Below, one piece after another: positions 1-12,710 of a stretch of 64,000 nucleotides of DNA. The stretch's first letter is position 1; the number at the start of each line of letters is the position of its first letter. The notes beneath the pieces were generated by a model. That model had not been told where the DNA came from. It searched no databases and worked only from the letters and a program-made list of their open reading frames with translations. This DNA comes from the human T2T-CHM13v2.0 reference genome, Homo sapiens. A program made the translations under genes and the position numbers. The stretch is taken from assembly GCF_009914755.1 (NCBI RefSeq), contig NC_060932.1, one strand, 5' to 3'.

Positions 1-39
1 GCTTACCTGGAGAAGAACAAGATCGGTCCCCTGTTTGAG
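1..39 (+). CDS. C8orf34: 3' end of first coding exon of C8orf34 (VEST1); start of RIIa/Dpy-30-like dimerization-docking helix
   Basis: Frame 1 reads [13 protein letters not shown], which I recognise from C8orf34 (..[22 protein letters not shown]..). It is followed by the phase-0 donor GAG|gtaagg at 39/40. Confidence 0.88.
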
Positions 40-190
40 GTAAGGCGCTGTGGAGGAGGGCAGTCCCGTTGTCTTTAGGGGAAGGGGTGCAGTAATGAAA
101 ACAGAACACTCCCAATCCCACCCCTCCCAGGGAAGGAGGGCTAGAGAACCAACGCGCGGGAGAGGGCGCCCTGGGATTCACTGGCATTCG
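7..190 (-). ncRNA. Candidate first exon of an antisense lncRNA (C8orf34-AS1-like)
   Basis: Reverse complement of 1-10 is CCAG|GTAAGC, a near-consensus donor. An overlapping antisense lncRNA at this promoter is recalled from annotation; the 5' boundary is a guess. Confidence 0.35.
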
Positions 191-454
191 CTCTGTCCCG
201 GCCAGGTGTCCTGGAACGCGGCCGGGCGGGCACTTAGCCAGTTACCTGAACGCGGACAGGTGAGCTCGGGAGGGCCCAGCCTCAGCCTGGCAGGGGAAGT
301 TTTGGCCCTCTGACTGTCCTGCACCTCTCAGCTACATGTTCAGGACCCGGGCAGGCTGAGGCAGGCGACGCATACGGATGCACACACTCAGACTGTGTTG
401 CACACGCACACTTTCTTTTTTGAATTCACGCTATCTTGAGTGTTCGTGTTGGAT

Positions 455-481
455 TTTCTTTTTTCTTTTCTTTTCTTTCCT

Positions 482-515
<34 letters not shown>
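455..515 (+). repeat. Polypyrimidine tract ending in a T32 homopolymer
   Basis: T/C only from 455; uninterrupted T at 484-515. Confidence 0.95.
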
Positions 516-518
<3 letters not shown>

Positions 519-1054
519 GAGGGCGGTAATAGAACCCGAAAAGGTGGAGGAGGTGCTTAGCAGTTAATACAATTAACTGGAAGACAGCTGAACTGGTGAG
601 GAGTAGGCTTCAGTCGGTGCGGGCGTGATGAATGAAATTGGCAAACTGAGAGACTGCCATTTGGTCACTGGACGAAAGGAGAGTCCTTTGCACTGCAGAC
701 CCCACATGTGTTAGCAGGAGAAAGGGACGGAGAAAGGTTCTGAAAAGCACACACGTATTTGTGGAAGAAGACTATAGCTCTGAGCTGGTTTTGTTTTTTT
801 TTCTCTCTCTCGCCATTAAAGAATTTAAGACAAAAATACAGTAGAAGGAAGAGCGCGAGGACACGAGAAAATGAGAACAAGAGATTGAAGCCTGGCACCA
901 GCAAAGCGTCCCGCGGGTTGCCAGGGTGCTGAGCAGGGGTGGGGCGTGCGGACCGTAGTCAGAAGTGGAGGCCCTTGCGGAGGGACTCCCTTGGTCCCAT
1001 CCAGTTCAGGGGGCACTGACCGGCGGCGAGAGTTCGCGGGAGGGTCGAGGTGCT

Positions 1055-1098
1055 CCCGCCTTGCCCCCGCCTTGCCCCCGCCTTGCCCCCGCCCCCCA
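1055..1098. repeat. 11-bp GC-rich tandem repeat (CCCGCCTTGCC)x3 plus partial copy
   Basis: Perfect copies at 1055, 1066 and 1077, then CCCGCCCCCC. Confidence 0.95.
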
Positions 1099-4000
1099 CG
1101 TCTCCCAGAAGCAGTTGTAGCTGTTCTTAACAGCTTGGTTTGGGGTGAGGGCTTGGTATGGGGAGGAGGTTACGTGTCAGTGTCTGAGAGAGGCAGAATC
1201 GCGGCAAGTGGAAGGGGCTGCACTGGAGATCGCGGAAAACCTAGCAAAGACTGAAGAGAAGCAAGTGAGAACTGTGGAGAACAAAAAAATAATGCGAGTT
1301 AATGACCCTGCAAAAAAAGGGCGCGGAGGACAAAGGTGTGGTCCAATAGGTCTTTTGGGAGGACGGGTTTCACATAACAAGATTTGCAAGATCTCCTAAG
1401 TTTTTTTGCCCAACTTTAACGTTGATCTGTCTTAGACGATAAGACCATTGTTTCAATTGAAGCTCGCATTGTGGGGTGCAGAGTCCTACAATTGCTTTGA
1501 TTCTTTTTTCTGCCAAAAATGTTAACAAAGGCAATCCATGCAAGAGCGAAATAAAATTGATGGAACTACCAGATTTCTTTTCTTTGCCTTTAGTTTAATG
1601 ATTATTGATTATACATAATCCTATATAATTTTTTTAAAGGCAGAAGCCTAAAACCTTCTGCAACGCAGTGTATTAATTGCATCGAAAGAATCATAAAATA
1701 CATACATTTAGAGTGTGTGTTTTCTCTCTACTCTCCTGGAGTATAAAGTACAATTAGCCTGGGAGAATAAATGAATTGTTTTTAATAAATACTGTTTTAA
1801 TTTGTTATCTTAAAATCCCCAAGATTTTAATAATAATAAAATTAGGAATATATGTAAACTTTCTGCAGAATTAGAAAATAAACTCAAATGGATATTTATG
1901 AAGTGCCCCCTAACCCCCACCTTTTGATGCTCACCAGCAAGTTATGCGCTGAAGAATTTTAAGTGATAGCAACGTGTCTCATAAAAGCTTTAGGTCCCCT
2001 CACCAAAAAACAAGCACCACCATGCTTCGTATTTTATTGAATACATATGACATACACTGGCATTAGCTTAGATTGCAGTGATGAGTAGTGCATTTTTTAA
2101 GGTTTGATGTCCACTTTAAATAATTGAAGGGAGAAAAATGGATAATAAATTCTCTTTTAATAAAAGCTGGATGTAACACAGTTCCTTATGCAACAATTTT
2201 GATCATGATAGAGCTTGACTTTGAGAGTACAATTATACGTATTTCACAAAATTGGAAGATTTTACTAGCGTGTAGCCTACTTGTTTCATGTTAGAAAACC
2301 AGTGCCACCTGTGAAATGGACATTGTTGACCTAGAGACCGTCCATTCTCTTCTAGGACCTTACTCAATAGTTTTCACAGGAATTGATTTGGGTCAGAGGA
2401 GGTGCCCAGCAATCTGAACATATTTAGAAGCAGCACAAATGTTTGCTACAATTTTAATTTCTGGGCCACATTTTGAGAAACTGAGCTAAAATCTCCTTTT
2501 ACCACTCACAAATTGAAATTGGCCGCTTCATGTCTTGTCATCTATGCTTTGTTGTGTTGAGTCAGTGTAGCTGACACAGGCTTCTTTCAGTTTGGAAAAT
2601 ATGCGGTATCTGATAATATGTCCCCCTTGTGGATAGTTTAAGTTAGGAATGTTTTAAGAAAACTTAATTGGTATGAGATACTTTAAAGATAATCTATGAA
2701 TGTTTTTTAAAACAATAGCAAAAAGTAACCTATTCACTGATATTGAGAATACTTGATCCTCTTTTTTACCTGTAGGGCTTATTTACCTAGTTTGTTCACT
2801 TAGTTTATTTCTTACTTAGTTTATTGCTAATATTTTATGATTTGAGATGCTTATTAAAGTGTTACATGCAGTATGGTGTTTCAAAATTTATTTTAAATTG
2901 AAATTAATTTTGTTTCCAGCTGACTCAGGTGAATAAATTTGTACTACTTTTAAATTTCATTGAAGATGTTTTGGAGCATTACAAAACTATGCCTAAAAAT
3001 CATTGCATTAGAATTCTGGACAATGATATTCTGATTAGATAATATGAAGGTGTAAGATGAAAAATACATTTCACAAACTTTCTAATTTTTGTAAGATGTA
3101 ATGGTTTACATCTTACAAGATAAATATTTGTAATATATATAAATATTATATATAGTGGAATATATATATTCCATGTATGTTTGTGTACACACACATTTTA
3201 TATAAAGAAATAGAAACTTTTGAGTTTCTCCCATTATTGATTGGAAGAGTGCTCAGGGCAGTTATATATCTTGGTTCAGGCCTGATCACACTCACAAGAG
3301 TGTGAAATCTTAAGTTACTAAGAAGCCAAATAGTGGGGATCTTCATAAAATCACCATGGAATTTTTAAATTTGTGTACTGAAGATGTGGCAAACAAAAGT
3401 CACTACATTTCTCTAAGTATGGTATGACCCACTCCAAATAGAATGGAATCACTATCACCTTCTCTGTTCCACTCAAAGTGCTTCTACTCACATGGTGTAA
3501 ATTTGCATTAACTGATTTGGCATATATGTTATAAAATGGACTTATCAAACTTATGATCAAAGCCTGCATCACTTATATATTTTGCTGTTGCCCAGCTTGC
3601 TCTTCTCTGGTACCCCACGGCACTTCTTCCAGCCATGTATGCAACCCTGAACTCCAATTTGCTGCCAACCCTCAGCAAGCCCATTATTTCACTTTATTGA
3701 CCTCCCTGATCATATCTAAAAAATGCTCCTTGCGTTTATCAGAGAGCTGTAGTGTCTGCGGAGATCTCCTTTCGTTGTTCCCCCTCTCATAAGGATCACA
3801 GCCGTGGGCTACCTGTTATTTAATACATGAAAAGAAATATTTTTGTCTAATTTAGGCAGGCTTATGATTGTTTAGGGCAGTTGTTTGGGGATAAGAAGGA
3901 TACTAGTTACTCACTTATGGCCAGAGGTAAAATACCCCTCCAGAAAGATATTTTAATGTTTAAAAATAATTTGTCGTTAATAAAGGTAAAAGTGTCATTT

Positions 4001-4500
4001 TAATAAAAATGATTAGGAAAATGCTTTTATTAGAGAAGTAATAAAATATAAGCTTGGTAGTTATAATATGTTCAACTTAAATATTGTAAATATATTTTTT
4101 GGAGTAATGATTGTCAGGTGATCTTCCCCAGTGCTCAAAGTTATGAAGACTTTTCCTATATCAAAATTTGCATTAATCTTTATAATCTCAGAGCATTTAG
4201 AGGAGGCAGAAGACAAAGCAGTTCCATTTTATAAAATTTTGCCTAGAGTCCAAGTTAAGTGTTGTCATTGACTTACTTCAAAACAGTTTTTTAAAATGTT
4301 ACTTTAATTAACATGTTTCTATTACCAGCCCATTTATTTTTCATTTCTGCCTTAATGTATTTTATTTTCATGCAGCTTTTAAATAGCTTAATAAAGTGAC
4401 CCAAAATTCAATTCAATAAATCACTATATAACCTTAGAAATAGTAATATGTACATATACCAATATGGCATCAATAAATTTGAAAAAAGAAATAATATTTT

Positions 4501-4843
<343 letters not shown>

Positions 4844-5129
4844 TCAATGGAAATATGAGACTACAAAAATAACATAGGCTTTCCTCCCTTTTTTTTTTCA
4901 TAATTCAATTAAGAAGCCATGAACCATACAAAGAGAACAGCTAAGACTACAGCTAAGACCCATATGACAAGGAGAGCTAAGTTGGGAGTTCACCTGGAAA
5001 GTATCAGAGCACAATTAAAGAAAGGGGCTGAGTGGGCAGTGGCCTGGCAGGGTCAGAAGATTTGTTACGTACAAGGTGGGGGCAGGGTATTCAGAAAATA
5101 ATTAAATATATTGAAAAAATATATATTCA

Positions 5130-6340
5130 AGTCAGCCTTCTTACTGATGGACATAGGAGTCACAGAGATAGTATAGGGAAAGCTAGAATGAACCTTGTTG
5201 TGTTGGATTGAAATTGGAGGTGTTGGTGTGATCTCATGACTTTCAATAATAGAAACAGGTATAGATGTAATAGAAACAAATATAGATTTGTATGTATTTA
5301 CATATACTTAAGTGCATATACCTACATTTACTTCCCAACTCTGTCTACTGGAAGGGCCTGGGAATAACAACATCCTGGTAGCAATGAGCACACCTAGCAT
5401 CCACATTTTGGTTTCTAAATACCATTCTCCATTAAGTAGAACCAGGTGTCCTTGAAGAAATGGTTGATTCCAGGTTTGGGGCTAAGCAAGGTTTGGAGTA
5501 TCATATGTCAAAAAGTAAGGAAGAGCTCAAAGAATAGTAGGTATGTATCAAAGGACACAGAGGATGTGCCTACCCCTAAGACAACTTGAGGGTCAAAATA
5601 AAGAATGATAGTAACAGATTATTTTACTGAATAAAATAGGAATATTTTACTTCACTGGGATCTAATGGAATGTGGAATGTGCTTAATTCATGGGGAGAAG
5701 AGAAAACTTTACCTTATAGTAGAATGCCAACTAATAAAAGTAGAAGGATGATGGAATTAGAAAATTACTACTTGGCAACCATCTGAAAGATAATTCAGGC
5801 AAGAAACATTAATCAGTACTAAAATTAATGGGTAAAAGTTGGATAAACAATAAGATGTTACATAATCTCTAAGTATCTTCCTACAAAATACTTGTAAATT
5901 ATAAAGGGAAAAAGTGACTTTACAGTAAAGAAACCTGGCAGACACTACTTCGTTCAAGTGATGGGATAAAGCAATATTGTATGCCCATGATAGGATGCAT
6001 TTAAAACAACACAGCATTGTTTTGTGATTTTCCTGACAATCATGTATAACCTGAACTGAATAATGAGAAAATATCTTATAAAGCTAATAGAGAAAATCTA
6101 CAAAGTAACTTTTCTAGAGTTTTCAAAAATGTTAAAGTCATGAGGGTCAAGAGAGGCCTCAGACTGAAGGGACATGGCAACTAAGTGCAAAATATGGTTC
6201 TAGATATAATACTTCTGTTATGAAAGAGATTATTGGGAAAGTTGACAAAATTTGAATGTGGTCTCTATGTGAATGGAATAAGGAATTGTTTGTATTGTTC
6301 CTATACTTTTTCTATAATTTAAAATTACCTTAAAAGAAAA
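5130..6340 (+). mobile_element. Ancient L1 3' end (L1MC4/5-like)
   Basis: Motifs gtagcaatgagcacacctagc, gaaatggttgattccagg and taattcaggcaagaaacattaatc resemble the L1MC 3' UTR. Confidence 0.6.
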
Positions 6341-6734
6341 ATTACTAAAAATAATTTTAAAGAGCACCTAGGGAATCAGTATTTGCAAAATAGTTCACCT
6401 ATTGGGTTTCTTTAAACAGTAAATTATGTGAATGTAGTTCAGAATTTCATCAATGTTTATACGAGGAAATGGCTTATACAATAAATAGCTACAAATCTGA
6501 GTAAAGACAATTTGCAATTCTGGTTAACTAAGCATATGCATTTTCCTCTTCTCCCTCTCAAAATCATTTTGAAATATCTGAAAAAAATATTTAAACAATA
6601 AATGCACAAGAGTGCTGGAACATAAGAAAGAGTGCTGAGGGAGACACTTTCTCCTTTGTGTACAGAATTTCTTTATTACAAATGGTGGCATCTTCTTTGC
6701 ACCTATATATAGTCAGTGACACAGAGTCAATGAT

Positions 6735-7040
6735 GTGTTTTCTTAGTTTTTCTGCTGCTATTACACAATGCCTTTATTTCTCACAGATCTGGAGGCTGGG
6801 AAGTCCAAGATCATGGTGCTGGCATTTGGTCTGGTGAGGGCCCTCTTACTTTGTCCTCATATGGCAGAAGGCAGAAGGCAAGCTAGCCCAACACTGTATG
6901 AAGCCTCTTTTAAAAGGTCTCTAATCCCATTAATGAGGGAGCAGCTTTCTTGGTCTAATCATCACTTAAAGACCTCACTTATAAACCCCTTCAGATTGGC
7001 AACATATGAATTCTGAAGGGGCCACATTCAAACCACAGCA
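6735..7040 (-). mobile_element. MaLR LTR (MLT1A/MST-like)
   Basis: ttctcacagatctggaggctgggaagtccaagatc...cacattcaaaccacagca. Confidence 0.75.
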
Positions 7041-7169
7041 TATGTAGTGAAAACGTTGTTTGGAATTTCCTGGAAATTACCTTAAAATGCATTGTCTCAG
7101 TTGGAACAGGCTCCTCATATGCCCTTCCTACTGTCTAGAAGCCTGTTTGTAACTCCTCTTCTCCTTACT

Positions 7170-7925
7170 CCTTCTGCATCTTCAGGCAATGACTGATCTC
7201 CTTTTTGTCACTATGGATTAGGTTTCATTTTTTAGAGTTTCATGTATATGAAATCACACACTATGCAAATTTTTTGGTATATCCTCTTTAACATCTTTAA
7301 GTTAATAATTATTAACCTAATTATTTTAATATTCATCCATGTTGCAGCATGTTACCAATTTTTATTTCCTTTTATTGCTGAGTTGTATTCCATATGGCTA
7401 TGTGCTTTCATTTTTCTTATGTAAATACCTGGAGTGGATTGACTGAACCATATGGTAGGTATATGTTAAATTTTTAAATAAACTAGTTATTAAAGTGGAT
7501 GTACAATTCTACATTTCTGTGAACAGTGTATAGGAGTTCCAGTTGTTCCATATCCTCACCTAATCTTGGTATTGTCAGTCTTTTTAGCCAGAAACCCATT
7601 AGCCATTCTAATAGGTTTGTAATGATATCTCATTGTTATATTAATTTATACTTCTCTGATCTCTAATGCAATGAATTTTCTTTTCTTGTGATTATTTGCC
7701 TTCCGTATATCTTTGGTGATGTGTCTGTCCAAATATGTTGCCCATTTTTATTTGGGTTGTTTTGGGGGTTTAAGAATTATATGTTCTAGATCCTTTTCAT
7801 TTTCATATAAATTTTAGGATCATTTTGTTAATTTTCATATAAAAATACCTGCTGGAATTTTGATTCAGATTGTGTTGAATTTATAGGTGCTGTTAGGCAG
7901 AATTGACATCTTAACAACTTTTAGT
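7170..7925 (-). mobile_element. Ancient L1M fragment (ORF2 C-terminus/3' end)
   Basis: Antisense L1 motifs (ttagccattctaataggt, gaattgacatcttaaca). Confidence 0.65.
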
Positions 7926-7929
7926 CTAC

Positions 7930-9065
7930 GTAGAAAATTAGAGGGTATCTACAAAAAAGAGACAATAATAAGTAAGTTTATTAAGGTTTTAGATGCAAGG
8001 TATCTTTTACAATTACCTGTTTATGTAATAGGTAATCAATTACATATTTATGTTCAAGCAAACAACCATCAGAAGTTAAAATAGTAAAAGTACCATTTAT
8101 AATGGTATTAAAATATGAAATACTTAGGAATTAAATTTTAAAAAGATATGTAAGACCCCTACACTAAAAAGTATAAAAACTCTTAAAAAAAAGTTAAAGA
8201 ATATCTAAATAAATGAAGAGTTGTATTCTTATTTATGCATAGGAAAACTCAATACTATTAATATGTTGAATTATATATGCTACCTGACTTCAACAGTCAT
8301 TAAATCAGTTATAAGTAAAAGAAAAGGCAGTGCAGTATTGGTGTAAATTGAAATGGATTATTACCTAAATGTAAAACCTTTTTTCTTCTCAAAGAGAGTG
8401 TAGGAGATAATTTTTGTGAGCTTGGGTTTGGAAAATATTTCTTAAATATGACAGAAATATATAAACTGTAAAAAAATCAATAAAATGGACTTATTTAAAA
8501 TTAAACATTTGTTCTTCAAAAGGCAATTGTTAAGAAAATGAAAAGGCAAACCAAAGATAGACTATATATCTGAAAAAGGACTCCTGCCTATTATATATAA
8601 ACAATACTTTTCTTAAAACACTATGATAAGAAGAGAAAAAACAATTCAATAAATAAACAACATAATTGAATAAAAACTTTTCATAAGAAGATGTATAGGT
8701 GGCAAAGTAAGGGAATGAATAGCTGCTCAATATCATTAGGGAAATATAGCTAAACCCACTACCCATTTATTAGAATGTCTGAAGTTAAAAAGACTGACTT
8801 TAATAAGCATTGGTGAAGATTTGAAGCAATTAGAACTTTTATATACTGACAGTGGGAATGCAAAATGGTCCAACCACTTTGGAAAAAAGTTTGGCAAGTG
8901 AGGTTTATTTCTAGTAGCCCCAAATTGAAAATAGGTGGATTGATACGTTATTGGATAAAAAATTTGCATACATACATATAATATAATACTATTCTTAAAT
9001 AAAAACATGAATTAATGATGCACGCAGTAACACAAATGAATCCTGAATTATGCTGAGTGAACAAA
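7930..9065 (+). mobile_element. Ancient L1M fragment (ORF2 RT to 3' end)
   Basis: Degenerate ORF2 motifs: atacttaggaattaaat, ggaaaactcaatac, gggaatgcaaaatggtcc. Confidence 0.65.
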
Positions 9066-9715
9066 GCCAGAGGAAAATGAGATGAAATAAGCAGAAATTT
9101 ATTTTCTGAAAGATTAATAAAATTGACCAAGCTTTAGCAAGACTGACAAAGGAAAAAGAGAGAAATCTCAATTCAAAAACAGGAATGAAATGAGAGATCA
9201 CTATGGACTGCAGACATCAAAAGAATAATAAGGAAATACTAGGGATGACTCTATGCACATAATTGACAACTTAATTGAAATAGACAAAGTCTTTGAAAAT
9301 ACAAATTGGACAATTCATGGAACATGAAGTATATAATTGAATTGAATTTACATTTTGAAAACTCCCCAAGAAAAGATCTTCCAGCCCAAACCAATTCAAT
9401 GAAGATTATCATCAAATATTTTAAAAATAATCAATACTAATTCTATACACTGTCTTCCAGAAGAGGAGGAAATACTTCCCAGTTTATTTTATGAAGCTAG
9501 TTTTACCCTTTTGCCAAAACCAGACAAAAACTGTACAAAAAAGGAAAACTACAGATAAAATTCATTACATTATGAATATAGACACAAAAAACCTTAACAA
9601 AATTAACAAACAGAATTCAGAAATAAAAAAACAACAAACAAACTTATGCACTATGACCAAGTCAGGTTTCTTACAGAGGTGCAAGGATAATCCAATTAGA
9701 AAATCAATGTAATCA

Positions 9716-9965
9716 ACTGTCTTTGTACCTTCCAGCTGCTATAATGAAAATACCATAAATTAGATGACTTATAAACCATAGAAATTTATTTCTCATAGTT
9801 CTGGAGGCTGGAAGTCCAAGATCAAGGTGCCTGGCAGATTTGGTGTCTGGTGAGGGCCCACTTTCTAATTTGTAGATGGTGGCTTCTCTGTGTGTCTTCA
9901 CATGGAAAGGGCAAAGGAGCTCTCTTGGGACTCTTCTAAGGATGCCAATCCCGTTCATGAGGGTT
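9716..9965 (-). mobile_element. MaLR LTR fragment (MLT1A-like)
   Basis: aaatttatttctcatagttctggaggctggaagtccaagatcaaggtgcc. Confidence 0.75.
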
Positions 9966-10196
9966 GTCAAAGTACAGAAGTAGTTCAATGGAGGGAGGAT
10001 AGCTTTTTCAATTATCAGTGCTCCTGGAGCATTTGGATATCCATTGGCAGAAAACCAAAGCTCGACCTCAGTCTTACACCTTGTACAAAAATTAACTTAA
10101 AGTATACCACAGATTTAATGATGTCACATATATGGGAAATCTAAAAAAACTGAACTCATAAAAGCAGAGAATATTAATGGAATACTGGGTACCAGA

Positions 10197-10594
10197 TAAT
10201 ATAGTGTGGATGTCCCCTCCATATCTCATGTTGAGATGTAATCCCTAGTGTTGAAGGTGGGGCCTGGTGGGAAGTGTTTGGGTCCTGGTGGCAGATCCCT
10301 CATGGCTTGGTGCTGGCCTCACGATAGGAGTGAGTTCTCATGAGATCTGTTTAAGTGGTGTGGCACCTACTCCTGTGCCCCTCTGCCCATCCTGCTTTTG
10401 CCATGAAACATGCCTGCTCCCACGTCACCTTCTGTCATGAGTAAAACTCCCTGAGGCCGTCCCAGAAGCTGAGCCGATGCCAGTGCCACGCTTCTTGTAT
10501 AGCCTGCAGAACTATAAGCCAATTAAATCTCTTTTCTTTATAAATTATCCAGTTTCAGGTATTTCTTTATAGCAATGCAAGAATGGCCTAACAC
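10197..10594 (+). mobile_element. MST-family solo LTR inserted in an L1MA 3' end (~10120-10900)
   Basis: atagtgtggatgtcccctcc...aagccaattaaatctcttttctttataaattatccag...gcaagaatggcctaacaca. Confidence 0.85.
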
Positions 10595-11189
10595 ATCAGG
10601 GGTTGAGGGTGGAGTGTGTGAGGAGAAAGATTGGAAGATGTTGGTCAAACAATATGAGGTTTCAGTTAGACAGAAGGAATAAACTCTGGGCTCTATTTTA
10701 TAGCACAGTGGCTGTAGTTAACAATTATGTATTGTATACTTGAAAATTCCTAATGGAGTAGATTTTAGATTTTTACCACAAACAAAAATGATAAGTATGT
10801 GAGGTAACAGATATGTTAATCAGCATGATTTTGTCATTTCATAGTGTATAATATATCAAAATATCACATTGTACATCATAAACATAATATTTGTCAATAA
10901 AAGTTATAGATGTAAATTTTAAAAAACAAAACTTAAAAACAAGGAAATTCTAAGGAAAGTTCTTAGAGATCTAGAGTTACACTTAGACTTGACACCATAA
11001 GCACAGTCTATAGGAGGACATATTGATAAATTGGACCTCAGCAAAATTAAAAACTTTTGCTCTGTGAAAGACTGTATTAAAAAGATTAGAAGATAAGTTA
11101 CCGGTTAGGAGAAAATATTTTCAAAGCACACATCTAACAAATGGATAAGATCTATTTATAGAATACAGAGCTCTCAAACTCAGCAGTGT

Positions 11190-11773
11190 AGTAGCCCCCT
11201 CTTATCTGTGGTTTCAGTTACTCATGGTCAACCATGGCCCAAAAATACAAAACAGAAAATTCCAGAAATAAACAATTCATAAGTTTTAAATTGCATATCA
11301 TTCTGAGTAGCATTGTTAAGTCTAACCCTGTCCCACTCGATTTGGGTGAGGTGTGAATCATTCCTTTGTCCAGCGTCCCCACACTGTCTATTCCACCCAC
11401 CCACCTGTCAGTCACTTAGTAGCAGTCTCAGTTATCAGATTGACTCTTGTGGTATCTCAGTGCTTGAGTTCAGGTACCCCTTATTTGACTTAATACTGGC
11501 CCCCAAATGCAAAAGTAGTGATTCTGGCAATTCAGATATGCCAAAGAGAAGCCTTAATGTGCTTAAGTGAAAAGGCGAAAGTGCTCTCCTTAATAGGGAA
11601 AGAAAAAAGTCATAGGCTGAGGTTGCTAAAATATACAGTAATAATGAAGCTTCATGAAATTGTGAAGAGGAAAAGAAGAAATTTGTGTATAAGTAGAGTT
11701 TGGTACTGTATATAGTTTCAGGCATCCATTTGGGGTCTTGGAATGAATACCTGCAAGATAAGGGGAGACTACT
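11190..11773 (+). mobile_element. MER44 (Tigger-family MITE)
   Basis: TIRs tagtagccccctcttatc / gataaggggagactact; internal aattccagaaataaacaattcataagttttaaattgc. Confidence 0.8.
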
Positions 11774-12116
11774 TGTATAAACAAAACAAAACAAATTAAC
11801 CAACACTCCCTCTAATAATCTAAATGCAATTAGAAAATGGGTAAAAGACAAGAAGAGACATTTCACATAAGGGTCTATACTGATGGTAAATAAGCACATG
11901 AAAAGATGTTCAAAACCATTTGCTATTAGAGAAATACAAATTAAAACCACAATGAGAAATCACTACACACCTATCCGAATGGCTAAAATGAAACTGAGAC
12001 CACCAAATGATGGTGAGGATGAAGAGAGACTGAATCACTCGTGCTTTGCAGGTGAGAATATAAAATGGTCCAATCACTCTGGAAAACACTTTGACAAATT
12101 ATTCTATTTTATTTTT

Positions 12117-12710
<594 letters not shown>

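Larger units (their letters stand above)
1..1340. promoter_or_regulatory. CpG-island / GC-rich promoter-proximal region
   Basis: High GC and many CpGs in 1-420 and 870-1340 (e.g. aacgcgcggg, cggcggcgag), in contrast to the AT-rich, CpG-poor remainder. Confidence 0.8.

Noticed and set aside
50-1399. Short ORFs in the GC-rich region (87, 102, 84 aa etc.)
   Set aside because: Mostly non-ATG starts, no recognisable domain, and expected in stop-poor GC-rich DNA.
7170-9065. Abutting opposite-strand L1M pieces as a twin-priming inversion
   Set aside because: Both pieces cover overlapping ORF2 sequence and each has its own 3' end, so they look like two independent old insertions.
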